DNA from: Auanema rhodensis
Taxonomy: Eukaryota > Animalia > Nematoda
DNA: 64,000 bases
Direction: 5' to 3'
Assembly: GCA_964057225.1 (NCBI GenBank)
Contig: OZ059894.1
Span: 8,928,001 to 8,992,000 of the forward strand
In this document: positions 24,503 through 35,700 of the stretch, one piece after another
Position numbering within the stretch: the stretch's first letter is position 1
How the letters are laid out: the number at the start of each line of letters is the position of its first letter
Translations under genes and position numbers: made by a program
Notes under the pieces: generated by a model
The model's database searches: none
Told to the model about the DNA's origin: nothing
The model's input: only the letters and a program-made list of their open reading frames with translations

Positions 24503-27500
24503 TATTTACCTAAATAAGATATTAAGATATTAAATGTGAATATAAATAGTTTTATAAATAATAGATAGTGCATCGTTCAAAATAAAGAAAGTTGTACTTC
24601 TCGTAGGATATGAAAAGATGAAAATGCTAGTAGATGTATAGTATAGTCCTAATGGATGTATCTGAACATCATATGACTGTCCAGATATAAAGATATTTCA
24701 AACAGTATTAGTTATTATTATAATTAAAATATAAAAATAATGATATCATAACAAATAAAGTCTTATATGATGTGAGAATCTTGTAGCTTTAATCTGTCGT
24801 TTGCAACCAGCAGTTAGGAGTTCATGGTTTTATGTGTTTATGTTTTGAAGCTAAGAGTAATTTTCGAGAGCCACGCACAGAGAACGAGTAAGAAAACGAG
24901 GAAACAAGAAAGAAAAGAAATCATAACACTGAACGTAATTTAAAGAAATAAAAAAAATGAAAAAAACAACATAATAACAATATGTAAGACACGGGGTTTG
25001 GCAACCAGAAGATGAAAATGTTCATCAAATTTTCTGCAGAAAAAAAGTGAAAGATCGATGTTTTGAGTATTGAAGAAAACACAAAATTCTGAAATGAGGA
25101 CGCTAAAAGCTCATATTCGGTAGAATGAAATTATTTTTTGTTTATTTTAAAGTTTTTTTCAAAATTTTGAAGTTGCGTACTTGAGAAATCTTTAAAAACT
25201 TAATTATGTGAACTGCTGACTGCTGACGTTTGACTGTCCTTTCGGTATGAGAAAGTTTCAACGTTATGGACATACTGCTTGGTTTAGCTTTTGGTCGTAA
25301 TGGGCAAATTGAAAACAGGAGCTAAGATGTTTTGTGAGAGTGTACTAAAACAATTCAAAAATGTGAAATGGTTAAGGATTCAATTTGATAGCATGCTTGT
25401 AAATTAAAAAGAAAATGTGTATCACGTAGAAGAAGAAGTAGAAGACGACGACGAGGAAGAGGAAGAGGAAGAAGAAACAGAGAATGAAGAAGAAGATATA
25501 GAAAACTTGTAAACCTGGTTCATCATCTGAAGGCTTTAATATTCAACGTACAAATTTCATGGAAATATCGTTTTATTTTGAAAGAAAAAAAGAGCATAAT
25601 TTGAATATTTAACTATTGACATTGCCGTTTCTGTAATTACATGAATGATACTTTTATTCAGAAAGAATGTATTGAATGAAGGATTTGCAGAATGGAAAAC
25701 TCAACCGATTACTTCGTCACGAAAACTGTTGTGAGACAATTCTTAAATATATCCAAGACAGCTTCTGGTATGTTTGTATAATGCGAGCAGTGAATTCGAA
25801 ATTTCGTTAGAAATTCTGTGATGAATAAATTTTTTTTTTTCGAATAAGCAATATATGATAAAGAAAATGACGAATTCAAATTGCTTCAATGAGGCTATTT
25901 AAGGCTGTCAGACTTTGATACGACTCATGTAGAGGCATTATAAAGCCTAAAAGAACTTGTATGTGGTCTTTCAAATGAAGATTCCTGCTGGACGAAAGAA
26001 TTTCGAGCAGGACAAACGTGGACGTCAACGAAAGAAATCACGTGGCGTGATTGGTGGACACAGATTAGTGAAGTTTAATCAAAGAGTTTGAAGCATGACC
26101 AAAAAAGGGTGGATACTGGCACGAGATTGTGGGAACAGCTGAAGAGTCAGCGACAGCTTTTACTCGAAAAGGAAGGAGGATAAAGAAAGATTTCATTTTA
26201 AGGAAACGATGAGAACGAAGAGGCGGGGCATGTATTTAGCAAATTGAGGAGGAGGGGGAATCGAAAAAAGTGGGAGGAGCAATAATTTGGTCAGAAACAT
26301 GAAGAATAGTAAAGTAAACCAAGAGATGAAAAGGTGGAATAGTAGGAAGAAAAATGATTGCTAATGTATATGAAGAAACTGGAGTTAAATAAAGAATATG
26401 ACAAGGAAAAAGAATAGTAAATTACGATCAGACAGATTAAAAGAACCTGGATCAAAGCATTAACTATGCGTCCATCTTGTATGTCTTTTCTATTCAAAAG
26501 AAATAATAATGATGTATATGTTAGCTTTTAGATAAATTATAATAAAAGTTTCTATTTAGTATAATAGAGTTGGTAATTTATTATGAAAGCTGTTAAGAAG
26601 ATTGGTACTGATGCTACAAGTAATGTGTTGGCGTCAGAATAGCTGAACATAACCCATGTCAAGACATTTTTTTTTGTTGAAAAGTATCTTGGTTGACAAC
26701 ATTCGCTCACAAGAATGAAAATAAGCTTTGGACAGAATAATTATGGATACTAGGAGACGTCAAAAGAATGGATCTAAAAAATGTTGGTCATGATTGACAT
26801 TTCATACAGTGATCTTCATGATTTTGGAGCTCAGAGACCGGATGAATCATACGTTCTCAGATGTTTTTGACTTTCAACGAACTTTTACTAAAAAAGTTGT
26901 AGCATCTTTATAATAGTATTTTAAGAATTGTATTAGCGCTAAAAAACAAATGAATTTGGACTTGAAATTACATTAAACTTCAACATTTGACCAAAATAGT
27001 AATAAAACAATTTTTTTAGAGAAAATACTCGGTGCTTGGTTGAAGGCTGACCTCATGATCTCATAAAGCTTCACATATTGTTGAGACAACAACACATTCA
27101 AATTGGAAACGAATCTTAAAACATGTCATCAGTATCACACATAATAAATGTATGGAGGTTAGTCTAGACAACAGTTATTGCTTAGTTTTTTTTTTTTTGC
27201 TTTTACAGCACAATAGATAGGTCATGTTAGCTCACATAAAGTAGAAAGTTATGATATTACTTAGCTTTTATAGAAAAAAATATTCAATGAACTTGAGAAG
27301 GGGAAATGTTGCGCTTGAAAAACATTGATTATTCATTCATCCAAACATTCGTAATTGTTTACCAAGTATATCATTGGTTGTTCCTGTTAAAGTGTAAGTT
27401 AGTTATACTGTAATTCCGACCAGAACTTTAGGAAGCAAAAAACGTCAGCTTGTTAAGGTTGGTATTGCAAACGGAAGGTGTAATTGCAAATGGTTTTACT

Positions 27501-27711
27501 GATATAAGCTACTTATATACTTTATTCATTTCACAAATGGCAATCACAGAGGAAAAAGATTTAATAAATAATTAATTTGAAATAAATAAGAAAAGAATGC
27601 TCTCAACTGATTATGACATCAATCATGAGTTAACAACAAGGAACAATAAAAACGCTAAATTTATGAGAAACAAGCATAAGGATAGAAAGAAAGTGAAAAA
27701 AAGGAAGGATT

Positions 27712-28886
27712 TTACTTCTTTAACCAAGAGCGGATAGCTTCCAGTCCAGCGTTAGAATCTTCAGTAGCACTACACTCGACGAATTCGACAGAGCTATAAG
27801 TTCATAATACCTTTTGAAACGAGACGAGAACTCTTACCACTTCAGATCATCCCAGGTGAAATCAGCTCCATTATCGGTCAAAGTCTTACGATTTGCTGAC
27901 CCATCAGTTGTTACAAGTGCAGCAGCTCGTGATTTGTTTATCAAGCCGAGCTCTTTTTCCAATGAAACTTTTACAACCTAATGAGATAAAAATAGAAAGA
28001 TAACTAGAATCAACAAATACCTGAGAACTCTTGGACAAACCTAAATCTTGCTTGTTACAGGCTGTTAGGATCGGGACCTGAAAGACGAATGTATAGCCCT
28101 AACCTCTTGAAAATAAAAGAAAAACGATCTTCATATGCATAATAATCACGTGAAAAACACGAGCTTTGAAATTCATGCGTCACATCATTTCTAATTCAAC
28201 AAACGAGTAGAACGGTTGTATACTTATTTCTTTCATTTGTAGATTAGTTTCAAGCGTTACATGGTATATTTAATGTATTTATGTCCATAACGGCCTTTTT
28301 ATTTTTATTTTCAGATGTATGAAGAAAACATACATAAGATCCGCTATTCAGGATGACATCGTAGAGGAATTCAGCGACATCTCGAGCTCGTTTTGAATAA
28401 GAAGAAGCATCAATTACGAAAACAACTCCTTTCAGGGAACTTCTCTCCTGGAATTCAACAAAGTAAAGCAATTTGAATACAATTCAAAAATAACCTTTGT
28501 CAGCCACTTTTCAACTAATTGTTTACGCAATCGTTCTCCTCCTGGGAAATCAACCACGCGAACGGTATCACCTTTGACCTCGAGTTCGACCATATTTTCT
28601 TGGAAGGACGTGTAAGTAGTCGCATCAGAATCTGGAATAGCCTAATGAATAAACAAACAAATTTGAATTCAGTTCTGACTTTTGTTAACAATTTTAGTGA
28701 AAATTCTAGTTTTTCCTGAATCGCTGAGCCCAACAATTAAAACTGTGTTTTTCTTCGATCCCTTTCGGGTAAAGAGAAATATCGTAATAATAACAGCCTA
28801 AAAGTATTATTGGAAAATTATTTTCGGAAAAACTATATAAAACTAACGATAACTGCCACTAATATTCCTAGAATCGTTGCATCCAT
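27712..28886 (-). CDS. SRPRB: Signal recognition particle receptor subunit beta (small GTPase), multi-exon
   Basis: N-terminal TM MDATILGILVAVI, LLGLSDSGKT (P-loop), LVDFPGGERLR, KGVVFVIDAS, DVAEFLYDVI, LTACNKQDL, LEKELGLINKSRAAAL, FTWDDL, LEAIRSWLKK*. Confidence 0.92.
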
Positions 28887-29073
28887 GAGTAGATCGTGTT
28901 CTATTTAGAGACACAAAAAAATAAGGTCCACTCTTTAAAAAAAACATTTTAGAAATAAAACTAACAGTAATAATAAGATAATTCTATGAACAAACATAAC
29001 TATATTGAAACATGAAATTTAATAAAAAAAATCTTTATTATCCTAGGCGCACTAATAACAAAAACTTAACAAT

Positions 29074-29380
29074 TTAACTTGAAACTTCATAAATCTGCTT
29101 TATCCTTTTTGGCAACTCTGATTTACCTTTTATACGTTTAGCTTCTTCAAATAAACAGTTTTTCCCTACTGAAACATAAAAAACTTATAACTTTCAAACA
29201 ATTAAAGAACTGACAGGCAGGATCGAAAAAAATTCCCGAAAACTTCTCTGCTGCGCGTTCACGAACCCAGACTCTTGTTGAACCAGTGATTACACTAGCA
29301 AGTTGTACGATTACGTACCTAAATAAGCAATATAGTAACTGGAACAGATATTATAAATCTTACTTAGATTTAGCTCCCAT
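29074..29380 (-). CDS. MRPL33: Mitochondrial ribosomal protein bL33m, 3 coding exons
   Basis: MGAKSKYVIVQLASVITGSTRVWVRERAAEKFSGIFFDPALGKNCLFEEAKRIKGKSELPKRIKQIYEVSS*; matches the L33 pattern AKSK...V.L.S...TG...DP.....LF.E.K. Confidence 0.8.
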
Positions 29381-29798
29381 TTCAAGTACTTTAAGGTGTT
29401 ACAACTTAAGCACTTCTGTCAACTTTAATAGACCCCTGAAAAATCTAAATATATATATATATATATATGAAAACATAACAGAAGAATGTATTAAAACAAT
29501 GACTATAATATTTTATCCATCTAGGCGAAAAATGATTCATTTTAGCGATTTTTACCATAAATATAAACAAAATATATGAAATTGAGGACAAATAAGCGAG
29601 AACCGTTCATTTGAAAATGTTGTAGACGTAATTGCGTATGCTACATCTTCAACGCTCGAGTGCAAGAACTTTGGTTAATTCTTCTACATGAAAATTTGTT
29701 TATTTTTGTAATTTTTGTTTTAATTATTGAAGTTTTCTTTATTACTTGCTTATTATATGTAAATATTTATCAAGATAATTCGTATTTCTTCCAGAAAC

Positions 29799-31523
29799 AT
29801 GGACGGTATAGCTTTTCTGACTTTGCTATCTGGAGCCATGTTTTTTGGTAGTTATATAGCCGGTTCTGTTCCTTTGCTTTTTCCTATGTCGGAGGTATGA
29901 GTGGCTTTGGTCAGTTTATATAAAAACAGTATACTTTAGTCTCGTTTGAGAATAGTCAGCATATTTGGTGCTGGGCTTCTCATTGGAACAGCATTAGCAG
30001 TTATACTGCCAGAAGGAGTTGAAGCTTTGTATAATGCTCAACAAGGTTAGCATTTTTTATTGATGGTCATTTGAATGTAAATTAAGAATCTCATTCACAT
30101 GAATTGACGCATAATGAAATGGATGCCAATTCCATACTCAAAGCCTCTGAAACGAAGAATGTTGTAGAACTTCCTAGAGTAGCACCTCCTGATCCTAACA
30201 TTCAGGAACGGTACGATTTAATGTAGGCTTATCTTTTAAAATAATATTTTTTTTTGTAGAAAACTCAAGAGAGATATTCTCGACGCAGTTATTAAGAATG
30301 GTATTAAGGAAGATGCCACGTCCCGAGTCAAACGACATTCTGGTTTGTTTGTTTTTTTAATAATAGCAACATCAAACATTCTATTCATTCACGATATTAA
30401 AATGAATTTTACCGATAATTAAGTTATTTAATCGTTCTTCCACTTCCTTATATAGATTCTCTATATGTAGTTCTAGTGACTAATTTCAGAAGAGCATGAA
30501 TCTCATTCTCATTCTGGCTCCAGTATTCATAAAGAAATAGGATATTCTTTAGTAACAGGCTTCATATTTATGCTTTTGGTGGATCAACTCAGTAGTTGTG
30601 CAGTCTCCAGAGGTTTTTTACTTTGTACTTTTAGTTCTAACATTATTATTTTAGATGATAGAAATGGCCGAAATAGAATGGGAATATCGGCAACAATTGG
30701 TTTGGTTGTTCACGCAGCAGGTTGTCATTCAAAGTAAAGTTTGTTGACTATATATATCCCTTTTAGCTGATGGTATTGCTTTGGGAAGTGCATCAACCAT
30801 AAATAAAGCAGATGTACAACTTATCGTGTTCATAGCTATTATGCTACATAAAGTTCGTATATTTGCAAAAGCTGATAACGTTATTTATCCTTTTAGGGTC
30901 CTGCTGCTTTTGGTTTAGTCTCTTTCTTGCTGGTTGAGAAGATTGATATACGAAATATCCGGAAACACTTATTAGTCTTCTCTTTAGCTGCTCCACTAGG
31001 AGCTTTCGTCACATTTTTGATAATTCAGCATGTATATACTTGTTGTTGAGTACAAATTTTACATTATTTCTTTAGAGTGGAGGTGGTTTAGCTAGTGAAT
31101 CTAACACGGGAATGCTGATGTTATTTTCTGCCGGAACTTTCTTGTATGTAGCAACAGTTCATGTGCTTCCAGAATTAGTAATTTAAATTTTGGCTATAGC
31201 CATTTTATTAATATTTTGTTTTCAGGCTAATCAATCCAAGCATTCTAGTGATAACTTTTCATATAATAAATTGGTAGATGTTCAATCACCAGCGTCTGCT
31301 GGACATAGTCATTCCGGTATGTATTAATTTATTAGAAATATTTCCGTTTTTTACTCATGCTTTTCGATTTATTTCTTGTTCCTTTGTCTATTGTTTCACT
31401 CTCCGCTCGTTCCTTTCATTCTGAATCATTTTAGGTGGAACCACGTTTACAATGAAAGAACTAGGAGCTATCATCGCTGGTGCGATAGTTCCTGCTTTCT
31501 TGGCTTCAGGACATTCTCACTGA
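29799..31523 (+). CDS. zipt-9: Zinc transporter ZIP9 (SLC39A9), multi-exon
   Basis: [97 protein letters not shown]-terminal GHSH*. Confidence 0.93.
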
Positions 31524-32735
31524 AAGCAGCAGTTAGAGCTTGTACATAATACATTCGCAATATCCTTTGCCAGTTTTGTTTGAGACTAACTTTAAGCTTT
31601 TTCCCGATATAATTTTTCTTGTGACTGATAAGGGTATGTTAACCAGTGAAAATATGTAGGAGATGTTTTAGTTTTGAAAGAAATAAGAGACTATTGTCTC
31701 TTGTTTTGTTTTATTTTGCTTGATCCAAGTAACTTCCACGAAGTGTTAGTTGCATATTTACTGTGATGCTGGGTATGGGTAACTTTTACAAAGAAAATAT
31801 TATATACGAAGTTAATGATAATATCTTCCATCCATTTGTTGTGTTTTGTCCTAATAATATTCTGTATTCACACTGTATAGTCATTATTATTATCATTTTT
31901 TAGCATTTCTACCACTTGCTGTGAAATTTTTTCATAAAGATTTATCTCATTTAATTGGACAAATGTTTTTGTTATAAGATAAAAGACAGATAAAGGAGAG
32001 CATGAAACCGTAATATCCCAATATCGGTTACTGTTTTGCTGAACACTATGTATGAACTCAAAATACAAATCTAAGTCTACTTTAGGCTCGACACATAAAA
32101 GGCTTAAGGAGACACAGCTCAAAAAATAACGACCAGAACAGATTCAGCTGGTCATTTACAGCTAATAGTACTGGTAAGGCAATTGCGCCCTCGTATGCAC
32201 TATTCGCAGGAGATCCAACTTTAACAACAAATTACAGAAACTGACAAAAAAGAGTACAAGAGAATAAGAGAGAAAAATAGATGAAGAAAAGGGAGAGACA
32301 GATGAAGTATTTGTGTGGAAAATGGATGGAGAGTTGCTATGAAACCTGAGTATCAAATCCCAGCTGTCTCCCAAAAAAAATGAAAATTAACACAATTAAT
32401 AAAGAACAAGATAAACAACTATGTGGAGAACTTAAACAGTGGAGGAATCGTTCTATATTTGCGCAGCTTATATACATCAGTCATTGAATAGCCGGTAGTA
32501 CGCTGATATAGAGGAAGAATATAATGTTCTTCAATGGGATTGGATTAAATACATAATGAGTTGGTATGTGTATATAAGTGTATATGGGGTTGTGTATGTG
32601 TATGGATGTATGGATGTATGGGTGGCGAACAGATCCGGTGTCACCGGAACCAGCCGGAACCTATCAGAGAACGACAACGGTCACAGAGTGAAGACTATGC
32701 TGATGAGAAGGCATTGTGCTTCCTTGCTACTGCTC

Positions 32736-35700
32736 TCAGTTCACAATCATGTTAGGAGTAGTTGCCACTGATGACGATGATGTATTGGAAGTTGTGGTCG
32801 AAGCTGGAGAAGACTGTTGAGCTGTCGTCTGAAAGAGTGTGATGTCATGGCGTATAGAAAGATATTGTCTCTTACCTGAGAGCTTTGAGCTGGTTGAGGG
32901 TTGGAGTTATTAGATCCGGGTGTTCCAAGACCGGCAGCTTCACGTTGTCGCTTGAAGTCTTCATATTCATCTGCTAATATGGTAGCAATCTCGGATTGCA
33001 TGAAAGCCCAAGGCATTGCGGAATTAACCAGGGGGCACTTTTCTCCGGAGGGGCAATACAAATCCTGCAAAAAAATAGAAATAACATGAAGAATAGAAGA
33101 AAGAATCTATTACCTGTCCAGTGCATTGCTTTTTAATTGAATCTCTAGAACATGGGAAACAAAACTTGTGTCCATTTACAGAAGGACATTGCACGAAATG
33201 AGTATCCTCCAATCGTTCTTGGCAAATAGTACAGCGAAGAATACGCTCACTGAAGAGGAAAAAAAGGTAAAAATTAAAAAAAAAGTTTCTTTCATCAATA
33301 TTGGCTTGAGTAAACTTGAAAAGAACTTACTTATTATTAGTATTAAATCTTCTACGATCTACACTATTTGGATGATCAGGGCTATTGGTTGAGGTTGGTG
33401 ATACAGAGGTTGTTTGAGCATCACCTGAAATTAGATATAATGAAGAAAGTTGCTACTTTTTCATTTAATTTTAAGATTTTCTACAATTTTTAAACTATTT
33501 TATAATTTTTGTTCTTCCCTCTAATTGTTAAAGCAGCTGAGAATTCAATTTTAAAACTCCTAAGCAAATAGTTAGTTCTTCTTCTACCCATTTGACCTGA
33601 GATCAAGTAGTCAGTTTGAGCATCAAAAGAATTCCAAGACCGGTTATCAGACTTATGTGTAGTTCACGTAGAATGGCAGCAAACAGAGACAACGTTTGGT
33701 ATCTTTCGTTACTGAAGCTATATGCCTTGGCTTTGTTTGTTTTCACTTCCAATACTTCAGTATTTCCAGAAACTATTTCAACTCCCCCACCCTTTTCCTC
33801 TCTTTCTCTTTCAATCTCTCTCGTTTTCCCATTGGAAGACGTTTTTTTTTGGTTAAACGTTCAAAAAATGAATGTTATGACTATAAGAGACAAGGACGGA
33901 AATATGCTTTGTAAATGCGTTTTTCAGACGTTTTTTCAATATCAACTTTGATGATCATGGTAACTTCATTGCATTCACATTAAGGCGGAAAGTTGTAGCC
34001 TTGAGCTAGAATATGTCCTTGTATAGCAGTTCTGTACTTATATGTGCTCCTTTCTTTTCTTTTTCTTTTTTTTTTGAAGCGATAAGTGACCTTTGTCGAC
34101 TGGTACAGTCCGCCAAAATTGGAAACCTGTTTGAACTCTGAAGTTATGACATTGTGTCAATTACTGTGAAATGAATATGAAGCCTTCTGTTATGTATTGT
34201 AAGTTATAAGAAAACTTAATATAAGCATATCGCATGATTGAGTAAGACCTTCAAAGGTAGAATTAGAGATCAAATCTTATTTACTCATTGATGTTCTTCT
34301 CGCATTGACCACCTTTCTCGGAATCTTCTCCTAACGACAACTACGTATCTTCCGTTCATTAGATGACATCTAGCTGGTACTGGGCCAGGAATAAAGTTGC
34401 AAATCGTGAGCGACAGCTTGACATCAAATGATTTTGTCAACAGAATAACGAACAGAGACGGAAGTTATGCTCATACACACAGAAGCCTGTCAAGCTTTGT
34501 CGCTCAAAGTCGATAGACATTCTCTCCCATCTGTTCTAAACATAAAAAATTCACCGCGAACATGGTATTGCATCATGCTACCGTATTTAATTTCAGATTA
34601 AACTCGATTGAACCGGAATTGGTTATTTCTAAGTTGGCTTAAGCCCAATTCAGAGTTGTCTGATGGAAAACAGTTGGTTCATGTTGTTTTGGAACAAGGA
34701 AATGACATATCTGCCAGTTATGGGTATTTTCTTTTCAAATCATCTACACAACGTTTCCTGTCAGAGGTTTGATGAAGCAAGATACATTCAGTACAAGCCA
34801 TACATCAATCGAGTCCGATCGAGATTGCTACACAACCTTATTTGGGTTACATCATTCGATGTTTTTGATAGAACCAGTTTAGATTCAAAATCGTAACTGG
34901 CAGTCTGCGTGACTTGGTGGTTATTGACTGCAAGAGAAAGAAGGAGAAGAAGAAGCTCTGTTGTTGCTGTTACCGCTGAAAAAACTTCAGCGAGAATAAC
35001 GTGAAGAACGAGTACTTCCTTGCTTATTATTCATCAGCTGTTGTATCGTCTGAGAGCTGAGTTCGTGATCAGATAGATTCAATAGGATGAAAAGACCATC
35101 GTTCGGCTGCTGTGTTTAGCCGACAACAGTTAGGGGATAGACGCAATTATTTGAGAAAAAACCCTCGTGACCGTATTTAGCCACGTCTTTCCGTGGTCAA
35201 TTGTTGGCCGTTGTCCCCCATCTATACCAGTTCTGGTTTCGAAAAAAAAGACCCAAATTATTCTAGTAACTTGTTGAAATTGCGCAACTACTTAGCCTTA
35301 CGGCTAGTGTTCCGTCATCTTCCTCTTCCTCTCTCTGGCTCTCTCTTTCCATCTCGTTTACTCTATCTCTTTTTCTTTTCATCTCTCTACCACGTGAATG
35401 AATATATGTACATGTCTCGTCATCTGAATATGTTAGCGTATTTGGGTCGTGGTTCTAAAAACAATCCTCAGAACTAGTCAGCGAGCTATGACCCTATTGG
35501 TCGATTTCTCTAGGTTCATCTATTCTGGTCTCTTTTCACGTTGTCCTTTCTCCACAGCCCCCGACGCCTCAAGCGACTCCAGTCTTCTAAAACTCAAGGG
35601 TCAGTTTTGCGGCCTAATCAGCCGATAACGATGGCGCAATGGGGTCGCGCGTAAAGACGACACATTGACCGGCTGTCAACAATAGCAAAAAACGGGTTTT

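Noticed and set aside
32634-32648. Palindrome TCCGGTG-T-CACCGGA in the IRF2BP 3' UTR
   Set aside because: A single short inverted repeat with no known element match; not enough evidence for function.
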